The position numbers were made by a program, and so were the translations under genes. This document shows positions 1 to 9,500 of a stretch of DNA of 64,000 nt, in pieces (within the stretch, counting starts at the first letter, position 1; each line of letters opens with the position of its first letter). The stretch is taken from NCBI GenBank assembly GCA_963827685.1, contig CAWHBU010000003.1, positions 160,001 to 224,000 of the forward strand, given 5' to 3'. This DNA is from an uncultured delta proteobacterium (lineage in GTDB: Bacteria; Desulfobacterota; BSN033; UBA1163). Below the pieces are notes generated by a model, which was given only the letters and a program-made list of their open reading frames with translations, did not search any database and was not told the origin of the DNA.

Positions 1-368
1 GACCCCATGCCGCCATCGCAATGAATTTGCCTTCTTTGATAAAATATGAACCGCTTATTCTACCCAAGGGGCTTTTGTTCATCAACTCCTCTCTCATTGC
101 GCCCAAAGAGATTTACCGGAAAGACATTGAAAATCTTTCCATCCCTGTCAATGAGATTGCGATCGATCATGGAAACCCAAAACTCGCGAACATGGTCGCA
201 TTAGGCGCCTTTAATCAAAAAACCAAATTGGTTCAGATGACTTCTCTATTTGAATCCCTGGAAAAGGTACTGGATGAACGATATGGTCATCTTATTCCAT
301 CCAATATCAAGGCTATCGAAATTGGAGCTGAATTTGTTAAGAATAACATGTCCATGCCTGAGCGCTGA
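1..368 (+). CDS. 2-oxoacid:acceptor oxidoreductase gamma subunit, 5'-truncated by the window edge
   Basis: Motifs AMNLPSL, INSSL, IPVNEIA, LANMVALGA and NIKAIEIG are typical of POR/KOR/VOR gamma subunits. The frame is open to the window start. Confidence 0.85.
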   Translation, partial: PHAAIAMNLPSLIKYEPLILPKGLLFINSSLIAPKEIYRKDIENLSIPVNEIAIDHGNPKLANMVALGAFNQKTKLVQMTSLFESLEKVLDERYGHLIPSNIKAIEIGAEFVKNNMSMPER

Positions 369-429
369 AGCGCTCCTGCCTCCGCGAAGCCCGCTTCGGC
401 GGGCGTAGGAAGGTCGGCGCGCGAGCGTG
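357..429. repeat. Nested short palindromic elements (CCTG..GAAGCGCT/TCGGCGC..GCGTG with an inner CCTGCCT..AGGAAGG hairpin)
   Basis: Outer halves at 357-374 and 414-428 resemble the element at 8040-8079. The inner palindrome is at 375-413. Confidence 0.6.
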
Positions 430-501
430 TCACATGAAGGAATCATCAGTAATCCAGAGACCACGGTATCGAAGTAGATAGACAAATCGAAAGGAAAGAT
501 T

Positions 502-1092
502 ATGGAAGAGAAAAGGGATTTTGAAGAGATCCGTGTTGGAGAAAAGGTTAAGGTCTTGAGGGAGCAGAAAGGTCTTTCACTGAAAGAATTGGCCGACTTA
601 ACCGGATTTTCTACAGCCTTGCTCTCCCAGATGGAAAACCACCTTGTTTCCCCGTCCCTTGGCACGATGATCAAACTGGCGAAAGCACTGGGGGTGAGAG
701 TGGGGGACTTTTTTGGTGAGACAGAGGGAGAGCCTTTCGCGATTGTGAGGAATGACGAACGAAAAACGGTCTCTCGATTTGCCTCAAAAGAAGGAGTGAA
801 GTATGGTTATCTATACGAGTCTTTAGGGTTTGAGAAGAAAAACCGCCATATGGAACCTTTCATCGTGACTCTGGAGCCCGCTACCATTAAGACCTCCAAG
901 ACCTCCGTTCATGATGGGGAGGAATTTATCTTTGTTCTCGAAGGTGAAATGGAAGTGATTCTGGGAACCCATACCGATGTCCTTCACCCGGGGGATTCCA
1001 TCTATTATGATTCCAATATTCCCCATCGAGTTCAATGTCACCAAGATAGGGTAACGAGAATATTGGCTGTACTCTATGCCGCCAGCACTTAA
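502..1092 (+). CDS. XRE-family HTH transcriptional regulator with C-terminal cupin domain
   Basis: N-terminal HTH (LSLKELADLTGFSTALLSQMEN..SPSLGTMIKLA) and cupin motif HDGEEFIFVLEG..GDSIYYDSNIPH. Confidence 0.93.
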   Translation: MEEKRDFEEIRVGEKVKVLREQKGLSLKELADLTGFSTALLSQMENHLVSPSLGTMIKLAKALGVRVGDFFGETEGEPFAIVRNDERKTVSRFASKEGVKYGYLYESLGFEKKNRHMEPFIVTLEPATIKTSKTSVHDGEEFIFVLEGEMEVILGTHTDVLHPGDSIYYDSNIPHRVQCHQDRVTRILAVLYAAST

Positions 1093-1159
1093 AGGCCGAA
1101 TACCGAATGGTAAGCAGAGTTAGTAGATCTAAAATTCAAAATCAAATGGCAGGCCAACC

Positions 1160-2335
1160 ATGAAAAAAGTCTCTCCTTTTCTGTTAGTAGTTCTCTCAGT
1201 CTTCATACTTCCCAATATAAGTTTCAGCCAACCCGCTCTCAAGGTCGGAGCTTTGATCCCCTACTCCGGTCGATGGGGAGATTCAGGAAGGGAATGTGCC
1301 AGAGGGATGTTGGACGCAGCGAAATGGTTCAATCAACGAGAGGGAGTCTCTGGAAGAAAATTAGAGATTATTCTCGTTGACGATACCTCCCGACCCGCTG
1401 AATTCATGGCGGCTTACCGAAAATTGAATGAAGCAGATCGTATTCTGATTCTCACCCTCTATTCCACCGAAACAGCTCTTGCTCTGGCTCCTCACTTCCA
1501 CTACCATCGGATCCCAACGTTTATCAGCTCCTTACCTTCTCAACTTGCCAACGCATCCAAATATCCATATGTTTTCTCAATCACTCCCACCTCTCTCGAT
1601 TTAGCCAAAATAGCAATGAATTTCATCTCGGACAAATCCGGCATTAAATTGAGAAGGCCTAAAGTCATTTTCGTTGGATCCTCTGATCACTATGGACGCC
1701 ATTTTTTAGATGAAGCGAAGGAATATGCCGGAGCCTTGGGAATTGAAATCGGACCGGATGTCTGGATCTCTGATTTATCACCCTCTGGAGACAAAGAGGA
1801 AAAACACAACCCGCCTCTCCTCGCAACGATCCATTCCTATAAGCCCGACTTCGCCTATCTGAGCCTCTCCTCCAAGGAAGCCTCCGTCCTCCTGCAGGAA
1901 GTTAAGAAAACAGATCTTAAGACCAAATGGATTTGCAGCATGAGGGCTTTTGACGAAAATCTAATGGCTTTCGATGGAGTTCTGGGAGTGCAGCCCATCT
2001 CTCCTTTTGGAGAAGACGTCCCAGGGATGGCCGCCATCAAAGAGGCCCATCAGAGATGGCACCCGTATGATTCTCATACACTTTCCTATGTCGAAGGGTG
2101 GGCGACGACACTGGTGATCTCAGAGGCTCTAAGAAGGTCCCTCCCGGAAAAAGGATTTTCTCGTGAAAGGATAAAGCTTGCTCTGGAAGGATTTAAAGAT
2201 TTCATCACGGGGGGGCTCACCCCGCCTCTCACCATTACCTCCAAAGATCATCGTCCCAGTGTAGAATCCAGGATTTTTATCGTCAAAGATGGAAAGCTTT
2301 CACGCTATACTGGCTTCATCTCCTTGGGAAGGTAG
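1160..2335 (+). CDS. LivK-like ABC transporter substrate-binding protein
   Basis: Signal peptide, KVGALIPYSG, GVSGRKLEIILVDD and C-terminal PLTITSKDHR. Paralogue of the protein at 8235-9490. Confidence 0.88.
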   Translation: MKKVSPFLLVVLSVFILPNISFSQPALKVGALIPYSGRWGDSGRECARGMLDAAKWFNQREGVSGRKLEIILVDDTSRPAEFMAAYRKLNEADRILILTLYSTETALALAPHFHYHRIPTFISSLPSQLANASKYPYVFSITPTSLDLAKIAMNFISDKSGIKLRRPKVIFVGSSDHYGRHFLDEAKEYAGALGIEIGPDVWISDLSPSGDKEEKHNPPLLATIHSYKPDFAYLSLSSKEASVLLQEVKKTDLKTKWICSMRAFDENLMAFDGVLGVQPISPFGEDVPGMAAIKEAHQRWHPYDSHTLSYVEGWATTLVISEALRRSLPEKGFSRERIKLALEGFKDFITGGLTPPLTITSKDHRPSVESRIFIVKDGKLSRYTGFISLGR

Positions 2336-2337
2336 TA

Positions 2338-2366
2338 GAATGTCCCGCCCTATGGGCGGGACATTC
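2338..2366. other. Perfect 13-bp hairpin after the SBP gene (RNA stabiliser, terminator or REP-like)
   Basis: GAATGTCCCGCCC-TAT-GGGCGGGACATTC with no clear U-tract. Confidence 0.55.
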
Positions 2367-2689
2367 TGAAGCATTTAGGCAGATTTTTACTTGACAAAAA
2401 AATACTGTTTTGTTAATTGATGAAAATGGCTTTGGGTGGGATCTTGTTCTGATTTAAAATCCTCTCCTCATTTACAGAAAATTAGAAAAAATTATAGTTT
2501 GTAGTCTTCGACAAGAGACGAAAGCAAATCCCATAAGGGTGAGGATATTCATTCCTTGTTTAGCAAATTCATGGCCACAAACGGGACGACCGTCTTTTCC
2601 TACTTCTATTCTATCTTCCCTCTCAGGATCATTAGAATCTCTCAGGAACTACGAGTCACAAGCCAAACTGCATGGGAAAGGAGCCTTTA

Positions 2690-3499
2690 ATGGCCGCCAC
2701 CAAAGAAGTTCAACTTCAAGTCAAAAAGCTTTTTATGGCTTTCGGAGGGATCCAAGCTCTGATGGATGTAAGCTTGGAGGTGAACAAAGGTGAGATCTTT
2801 TCCATCATCGGTCCCAATGGTGCCGGCAAAACAGTTCTCCTGAACTGCATCAATGGTCTCTATCACCCCCAAAGAGGCCACCTCTATTTTGAGGGAAAGG
2901 AGATCACCAAATCAAAGCCCTATCAGAGGGCAAAAATGGGGATATCCCGCACATTTCAGAAGATCGAGCTTTTTAAAGGCACAACCGTACTTGACAACAT
3001 TCGACTGGGTCGTCATATCCATCTTAAAACAGGATTGTTCAGTGGTTCCATTTACGTCGGAAAGACGGCTCACGAGGAGATTGAAAACCGAGATTTTGTT
3101 GAGCGGGAGATCATTGATCTCCTTGAGATCGAACATATTCGCGACCGAAATGTCGGAATGCTTCCTTACGGACTTCAAAAACGGGTCGAATTGGCAAGGG
3201 CCCTGGCTCTTAATCCTAAGATCATTTTATTGGATGAACCTCTGGCGGGTTTAAATTTAGAGGAAGTCGAGGATATGGCACGATTCATCTTAGATATCAA
3301 TGAAGAAAAAAAATGGCAGACCACCTGTATTCTCGTTGAACATGATATGGGGGTGGTCATGGATATTTCCCATCGAGTAATGGCTCTTAACTTTGGCCAG
3401 AAGATCGCCGAAGGAACCCCTTCCGAGGTTCAGAATAATCCCGATGTGATTAAAGCCTATCTGGGCGAGGTGGAGGACCTTTATGTCACACGGCGATAG
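2690..3499 (+). CDS. livG: Liv-type ABC transporter ATP-binding protein (LivG-like)
   Basis: GPNGAGKT Walker A, LPYGLQKRVELARALA, LLDEP and VEHDM. Start chosen at the ATG after the AAGGAG SD. Confidence 0.92.
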   Translation: MAATKEVQLQVKKLFMAFGGIQALMDVSLEVNKGEIFSIIGPNGAGKTVLLNCINGLYHPQRGHLYFEGKEITKSKPYQRAKMGISRTFQKIELFKGTTVLDNIRLGRHIHLKTGLFSGSIYVGKTAHEEIENRDFVEREIIDLLEIEHIRDRNVGMLPYGLQKRVELARALALNPKIILLDEPLAGLNLEEVEDMARFILDINEEKKWQTTCILVEHDMGVVMDISHRVMALNFGQKIAEGTPSEVQNNPDVIKAYLGEVEDLYVTRR

Positions 3500-3515
3500 T
3501 TGGAAAGAAATTGAG

Positions 3516-5417
3516 ATGACGAAAGATTTGACCATCCCCAAACTCTTTTTACAATCTGTAAAAAAATATGGGGTTAAAAAGGTGGCCATGCGTGAAAAGG
3601 AATTTGGGATCTGGATTCCTATGACCTGGAAACAATATTATGAAAATGTGAAGCGAATTGCCTTAGGGATGGTTACGCTGGGATTAGAAAAAGGGGATAA
3701 AGTGGCTATGATTGGTGACAATCGTCCTGAGGCGCTCTGGGTTGAAATGGCTGCCATGTGCGTGGGTGCTGTGGGAGTTTGGTTATTCCAGGATTCTCTG
3801 ATTGATGAAGTACAGTACATCATCGATCATTCTGACACCAAATTGATGGTAGGCGAAGGTCAGGAAGAGGTCGATAAATGCCTCAGGATTAAGGATAAAT
3901 GCCCAAAGTTGAAGAGAATGATCTGGGATGACCCAAAAGGGATGAGAGGTTATGATGATCCCATTCTCATCGGTCTTCAGGAGGTCATGAAACTTGGTGA
4001 GGAGTTGGAAAAGAAGGAACCGGGCCTTTTTGTGGATATGGTCATGAGAGGAAAAGGGGATGATGTTTGTCTCCTCTTTTACACATCAGGAACCACTGCC
4101 CTTCCCAAAGGGGCTCTTCTTACCCATTATAATATGTTAACCATGGGACAAAATTTGATGCGTGTAGACCCCTATTTTGAAACGGATGACTTTGTCTCTT
4201 ACCTCCCTTTTGCCTGGATTGGAGAGCAGATGATGTCGATCTCCTGTGGAATTCAGGCTGGGTTTACGCTCAATTTCCCTGAGGAGCCTGAGACCGCCGA
4301 GGAGAATATTCGTGAAATCGGTCCTCATGTGATGTTTGCTCCTCCTCGCATTTATGAACAGATGGTTCGAAACGTACAGGTCAAATACTTGGATGCCTCT
4401 TGGCCAAAAAGGAATGCCTATGAGTTGGCAATGAAGATCGGTTACCGTGTAGCCGATTTCAAGTTTTCAAAAAAGGCTTCCCCCTGGTACTGGAAGGTTC
4501 TCAACTTCCTTGCCTACCTGGGGGTCCATAAAAAATTGAGAGATCATCTCGGTCTCTCCAGGATTAGGGATACCTACACTGGAGGGGCAGCCATGGGGCC
4601 AGACCATTTCCGCTTCTTTCATGCGATTGGAGTAAATCTGAAACAGATTTACGGCCAGACAGAAATTGCTGGGATTTCGGTTCTTCATCGAGACAATGAC
4701 ATTAAATTCGATACGGTGGGTAAACCCATCCCTGAAACAGAAGTGAAAATTACTTCAGAAGGCGAAATCATTTCAAAAAGCCCTTCCGTTTTTAGGGGTT
4801 ATTACAAGATGCCTGAAGAAACAACCCAATCCCTTAGAGATGGATGGCTTCATTCAGGGGATACGGGTTTCATCGATGGGGATGGTCATCTTGTTGTATT
4901 CGATCGGACGAAAGATGTGATGATCCTGAGTGATGGGTCGAAATTCTCCCCCCAGTATTTAGAGACCCGGTTGAAATTTAGTCCTTATATTAAAGATGTG
5001 TGGGCAATCGGTGACACTAAACCCTATATCTCGGGAGTCATCTGTATTGACTACGGAGTAGTAGGCAATTGGGCAGAGGCCCGAAATATTCCTTATACCA
5101 GTTATTCTGAACTTTCTCAGATGACCGAGGTTTATGAATTGGTTCAGAAAGAGATCATTAAAATGAACCTTGGCCTTCCTCCCCTTGCTCGCATTAAAAA
5201 ATTTGTAAACCTCTATAAGGAATTTGATCCCGATGATGATGAATTAACCCGAACGCGAAAACTGAGAAGAGCCTTTGTTGAAGAACGTTACAAAAATATT
5301 GTTAAGGGCCTTTATTCAGACACAGAGAACATCCATATGGACACCACGATTACTTATGAAGACGGAAGGGTGGTCCATATTAAGACGGACCTCAAAGTGA
5401 TGGAAGTACCACAATAA
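3516..5417 (+). CDS. Long-chain acyl-CoA synthetase (AMP-binding, FadD-like)
   Basis: YTSGTTALPKG, YGQTE, GWLHSGDTG and ELTRTRKLRR. Confidence 0.92.
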   Translation: MTKDLTIPKLFLQSVKKYGVKKVAMREKEFGIWIPMTWKQYYENVKRIALGMVTLGLEKGDKVAMIGDNRPEALWVEMAAMCVGAVGVWLFQDSLIDEVQYIIDHSDTKLMVGEGQEEVDKCLRIKDKCPKLKRMIWDDPKGMRGYDDPILIGLQEVMKLGEELEKKEPGLFVDMVMRGKGDDVCLLFYTSGTTALPKGALLTHYNMLTMGQNLMRVDPYFETDDFVSYLPFAWIGEQMMSISCGIQAGFTLNFPEEPETAEENIREIGPHVMFAPPRIYEQMVRNVQVKYLDASWPKRNAYELAMKIGYRVADFKFSKKASPWYWKVLNFLAYLGVHKKLRDHLGLSRIRDTYTGGAAMGPDHFRFFHAIGVNLKQIYGQTEIAGISVLHRDNDIKFDTVGKPIPETEVKITSEGEIISKSPSVFRGYYKMPEETTQSLRDGWLHSGDTGFIDGDGHLVVFDRTKDVMILSDGSKFSPQYLETRLKFSPYIKDVWAIGDTKPYISGVICIDYGVVGNWAEARNIPYTSYSELSQMTEVYELVQKEIIKMNLGLPPLARIKKFVNLYKEFDPDDDELTRTRKLRRAFVEERYKNIVKGLYSDTENIHMDTTITYEDGRVVHIKTDLKVMEVPQ

Positions 5418-5423
5418 GAGTCG

Positions 5424-5458
5424 ATGCAAAATGGACAATGTAAGATTAGCAATTAGCG
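5424..5458 (+). repeat. Left arm of 7-mer array flanking the four-helix-bundle gene
   Basis: atgcaaa atggaca atgtaag attagca attagcg, ending exactly at the ATG. Confidence 0.75.
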
Positions 5459-5842
5459 ATGAATGAAAAAAGTCATCAACTCGCAGACCGGCTGCTTGAT
5501 TTTGCAGTAAGTGTGATCAAGATTACTGATGCGTTGTCTCAAACAGTTGCTGGAAGACACATCGGAGGCCAACTCATCAGAGCAGGGACGTCCGGCGGAT
5601 CAAATTATGAGGAAGCTTGTGGGGCTGAATCAAGATCAGACTTTACTCATAAAATGAGTATCGTCCTGAAAGAGCTAAAGGAAACGCGTTTCTGGCTTCG
5701 ATTGATCCAACGTACTGGAATGCTTGAACCTCAATACACCGAGCCCGTAATAACCGAATGCGAACACCTATGTGCGATCACGGCGAAAAGCATTATCACC
5801 GCGAAGAAGAAGAACGAGTCTAAACTGCCGAGGAAAAACTAA
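5459..5842 (+). CDS. Four helix bundle protein (23S rRNA-IVP / bAvd-like family)
   Basis: LADRLLDFA, QLIRAGTSGGSNYEEACGAESRSDFTHKMSIVLKELKETRFWLRLI is the family signature. Confidence 0.93.
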   Translation: MNEKSHQLADRLLDFAVSVIKITDALSQTVAGRHIGGQLIRAGTSGGSNYEEACGAESRSDFTHKMSIVLKELKETRFWLRLIQRTGMLEPQYTEPVITECEHLCAITAKSIITAKKKNESKLPRKN

Positions 5843-5886
5843 TGGTGAAGAATAGAGCTAAATGATTTTCGTTCTTAGTCCTTCAT

Positions 5887-5921
5887 CGTTAATTTTACAT
5901 TGCTAATTTTGCAATTTGCAG
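5887..5921 (+). repeat. Right (inverted) arm of 7-mer array flanking the four-helix-bundle gene
   Basis: cgttaat tttacat tgctaat tttgcaa tttgcag; its reverse complement matches the left-arm unit family. Confidence 0.75.
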
Positions 5922-5943
5922 TGTGGTTTCTAAGGGAGGCTGC

Positions 5944-6828
5944 ATGGAACTTTTCTTACAACTCTTTATCACAGGAATTCTGGTCGGTAGCATCTATGCC
6001 GTGGTCGCTCTTGGCTGGACCCTAATCTATAAATGCTCTGGCGTCCTCAACCTCGCCATGGGCGAACTCACCCTCATCGGGGCTTATGTCTGCCTCAGCT
6101 TCTACAATTGGGGAATTCCCTTTGTCTTAGCATTGCTTTTTACATTAGTCGTTGGATTTGCGTTGGGACTTTTGACTGAACACCTCTTTCTCCGACCTAT
6201 GGTAGGAGAACCTGTTTTGAGCGTGATTATGGTAACGGTGGGCCTCTCCTTCTTTTTTAAAGGTCTTGTGGAACTAATTTGGGGAACAGATACCGTTGTT
6301 TTTAATCCTATGGTATTTCCAATCGAACCCATTTTTATTGGAAAGATTGTAGTCGGTCAGGTTTATCTATGGGCTTTTGTTGCATCGATCGTCCTCCTCT
6401 TAGCTTTTGTCTCTTTCTTTAAATATACAAAATGGGGGTTATCGATGCAGGCCACGGCTGATGATGAAATGGCCGCTCTTTCATTGGGTGTGAACGCAAA
6501 GATTGTTTATGCCCTTGCCTGGGCTATTGCATTCATGGCCGCAGGAGTAGGTGGGACCTTATTGGGGAATATCAACGGGTTAAATATTTCGGTTGGCTAT
6601 TTAGGCTTATTAGTTCTCCCCGCTGTCGTTCTGGGAGGTCTCAACTCTGTCCCTGGAGCGATTGTAGGGGGTTTGGTGATAGGTGTTCTTCAGAACCTCG
6701 CAGATGGCTATCTGAGTCGCTATACCCCCGGTGGAGTCAAGGATGTATTTCCCTTTGTTATCATGGTGATCATCCTGCTCTTTAGGCCTTATGGACTCTG
6801 GGGGTGGGTTAGGATTGAAAGAGTCTAA
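5944..6828 (+). CDS. livH: Liv-type ABC permease (LivH-like)
   Basis: GSIYAVVALGWTLIY..GVLNLAMG, multi-TM, VVLGGLNSVPGAIVGG. ATG follows GGGAGG. Confidence 0.92.
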   Translation: MELFLQLFITGILVGSIYAVVALGWTLIYKCSGVLNLAMGELTLIGAYVCLSFYNWGIPFVLALLFTLVVGFALGLLTEHLFLRPMVGEPVLSVIMVTVGLSFFFKGLVELIWGTDTVVFNPMVFPIEPIFIGKIVVGQVYLWAFVASIVLLLAFVSFFKYTKWGLSMQATADDEMAALSLGVNAKIVYALAWAIAFMAAGVGGTLLGNINGLNISVGYLGLLVLPAVVLGGLNSVPGAIVGGLVIGVLQNLADGYLSRYTPGGVKDVFPFVIMVIILLFRPYGLWGWVRIERV

Positions 6829-6833
6829 CAAAA

Positions 6834-6916
6834 CATTGCAAATTGAAAAATTAGCAATGCAAATTCATCAATAAAAGAAAAGGAACTGCTAACTTTACAA
6901 TGTTAATTTTGCAGTG
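6834..6916 (+). repeat. Empty inverted 7-mer array (TGCAAA/TTAGCA family)
   Basis: cattgcaaa ttgaaaa attagca atgcaaa ... tgctaac tttacaa tgttaat tttgcagtg. Confidence 0.8.
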
Positions 6917-6933
6917 AGAATCGAGAGGTCAAA

Positions 6934-8028
6934 ATGGCTTATCGACCTTGCGGTGTTTATCATCAACATTACCGTCAAGACCATGCTTGGTGGCAAACCA
7001 AATTTGTCTGGGGTAAGATGATCCTCCTCTTGGTAACCCTTTTCTACTTGATCCCGAAGTTTGCAGGCCTCTACCTGGTCTCAGTTGCCAATGTCATTGG
7101 ATACACGATCCTCTCTGCTATGGGCGTTCAATTACTGATCGGGTATTGTGGACAGGTCACACTGGGCCATTCCGCATTTATTGCAGTAGGGGCTTATACC
7201 AGTACGCTGTTGATGCTTCAACTCCACCTGCCCTACCCTATTACGCTTATTCTTGGGGGCATTGTAGGAGGCCTGTGGTGCGTCCTGTTCGGTCTTCCCT
7301 CCGCTCGAGTGAAGGGATTCTACCTGATCATGACCACGATGGCAGCCCAATTTATTACTGTTGAATTCTTTATCACACAGTATGTAAGCCAAATCGGAGG
7401 TCGAGGCGTTGCTTTCTCCATCCCCCCCGGGACGGTAAAAATCGGCCCCTGGGTGATCCAATCGGATATGGAAGTCTATTACCTGATGCTTGTCCTCGTC
7501 TCTTTGTGTACCTTCATGATGGCCAATCTTGTCCGATCAAAGATAGGCCGGGCCTGGATTGCCATTCGAGATAATGATATCGCTGCTGAAACTCTCGGAG
7601 TCAATATTGTTTTATATAAACTACTCGCATTCTTTGTTGCAGGCTTCTTGGGAGGCATTGCAGGTTCTTTCTGGGTCACATCGCTGGCTGCAGTGAGCCC
7701 GGAACATTTTCAGTTTGGATGGTCTCTCTGGTTGGTTGGAGTGATCCTTATTGGAGGAGTTGGGAGCATCCATGGCACCATCTTTGGGGCGATGTTCATG
7801 ACTTTGATTCCCGAAGGTCTCAAATTCCTTATCTTCTTTCTCACTCAGAATGCCTCTATTGTCAATCTGATGCCTTTTCTCCCTCATCTCCTTGAAAAAT
7901 TTCTCTTCGTTAAAGAATCAGCCTTTGGTCTTGTCATTGTCTTGTTCTTGATCTTCGAACCGAACGGTCTCTCTTATCGATGGTGGCAAGTGAAAAATTA
8001 CTTTAATTTGTGGCCGTTTTCATATTAA
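6934..8028 (+). CDS. livM: Liv-type ABC permease (LivM-like)
   Basis: GYCGQVTLGHSAF, RVKGFYL, GRAWIAIRDNDIAAETLGVN and FEPNGL. Confidence 0.92.
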   Translation: MAYRPCGVYHQHYRQDHAWWQTKFVWGKMILLLVTLFYLIPKFAGLYLVSVANVIGYTILSAMGVQLLIGYCGQVTLGHSAFIAVGAYTSTLLMLQLHLPYPITLILGGIVGGLWCVLFGLPSARVKGFYLIMTTMAAQFITVEFFITQYVSQIGGRGVAFSIPPGTVKIGPWVIQSDMEVYYLMLVLVSLCTFMMANLVRSKIGRAWIAIRDNDIAAETLGVNIVLYKLLAFFVAGFLGGIAGSFWVTSLAAVSPEHFQFGWSLWLVGVILIGGVGSIHGTIFGAMFMTLIPEGLKFLIFFLTQNASIVNLMPFLPHLLEKFLFVKESAFGLVIVLFLIFEPNGLSYRWWQVKNYFNLWPFSY

Positions 8029-8039
8029 CGTTTCACATG

Positions 8040-8141
8040 CCTGCACGCCGAAGTGCCGGCCTTTCCGCACGCAGGCGTGTCCGACATCCGTGACCGTGAA
8101 AAAAATAGTTTACGGACACGAGACACGGAAACGGACAACGA
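8040..8141 (+). repeat. Palindromic insert (8040-8079) plus inverted CGTGAC/CACGGA array
   Basis: cctgcacgccgaagtg..ccgcacgcaggcgtg, then ccgtgaccgtg ... acggacacgagacacggaaacggaca. Confidence 0.65.
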
Positions 8142-8234
8142 AAGAAAGGGGTGATGCAAAGTCATTGGTTGGTGGGAGAACAAAATAGGGAGGCGCAGTT
8201 TCTTTATTCTTATTAAATTTACAGGAGGTAAAAA

Positions 8235-9490
8235 ATGAGAATCAAATTTAGAATTTTTGCAATCGGATTAACTTTTTTAATCATGGGTCTTACTGCATCA
8301 TGGGGAATTGCCCAAGAGGTCAAGCTGGGGCTCTTCAGGATCTAACAGGAGCAACCTCCGATGTGGGAAAAGATGAGGCATTGGGGGTTCGGGAGGCGGT
8401 CCAATACTATAATGATACGGGAGGAATTAACGGCAAGAAGATCCGATTATTCCAATATGACTATGGATATCGGATTCCTGAGGCCATTACTACCTATAAA
8501 CGTTTTAGGGATTACGATAAGGTGGCTATGGTCTTAGGCTGGGGGACAGGGGACACGGAATCGCTTTCTCCTACGATCAATGCCGATAAAATGCCTTATC
8601 TCTCCAGCTCTTTTTCTGGCCATCTATGCGATCCCAAGAAGACTCCTTATAACTTCGTTTATGGAGTGGACTATTCGACAAATGCTCGAGGCGCCATCAC
8701 CTACTGGTTTGAACAGGTTTGGAAAAAAGATCCAAAATGGAAGGGATTAAGAGAGAAAGGGGCTAAACCTAAGTTTGCATGTTTCATTGACACCTCATCA
8801 CCTTTTGCGACGGCTCCAAGCAAGGCCATCAAAGATCAGGCTGAGCTGCTCGGCTTCGAAATCGGTCCTGATTATAATATTCCCTTGACAGCTCTGGATA
8901 CTAAGAGCCAGATTATCGCTGCCAAGAATTTCGGAGTCAATTTGGGATGGCATGGCAACACAACGATGTCCACTTCTGCTACACTTAAAGATGCGTACGC
9001 GTTAGGTCTCGGCGCAGACCATATTATGACCCACTGGGCCTTAGACGAAAACCTTCCCAAGCTGGCTGGACCCGCAGCGGAAGGAACCATTGGCCTGATT
9101 GCCTGTGCGTTCTTCAATGAGGAATATCCCGCGAAGAAGAAAGTTACGGATTATGCCAAGAAACTTAATCCGGGCGTTCCCTTGGAAAATCGTACTGTTC
9201 GTGCGGTCCAGGGATGGGTTAAAGTAACCTTGGCTGTTGAAGCGATGCGAAGGGCTGACAAAGCAGGCAAGCTTAATGGGCCGGGGATTAAAGACGCCTT
9301 TGAGACGATGAAGGAGTGGCCCGGCTTAAAAGAATTTGGAGGCCAGCTGGTAACCATTACTCCAACCGACCATCGTTATAGTTCCGTCGTCAGAATAGGA
9401 AGGGTCATCAAAGGTAAGCCTCAAACGGTCGGTGAAATTGACATGCGGGCCAAATACCCCGACAGATGGGCTTCCTGGCTTGGGTGGTAA
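8235..9490 (+). CDS. LivK-like substrate-binding protein with one frameshift at GGGG 8327-8330
   Basis: The ATG at 8235 after AGGAGG gives signal peptide MRIKFRIFAIG..AQEVKLG. One extra G joins it to ALQDLTGATSDVGK of ORF 8300-9490. Confidence 0.85.
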
Positions 9491-9500
9491 GGAGAAGAAA

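Noticed and set aside
5459-5842. Four-helix-bundle gene as the Avd of a diversity-generating retroelement
   Set aside because: No reverse transcriptase and no TR/VR pair differing at adenines in the window.
8327-8330. Frameshift separating the SBP signal peptide from the mature domain, considered as phase variation or programmed frameshifting
   Set aside because: It is only a G4 run needing one more G, and the same missing-G pattern occurs at 52575. A homopolymer sequencing/assembly error is more likely. Reads are needed to decide.
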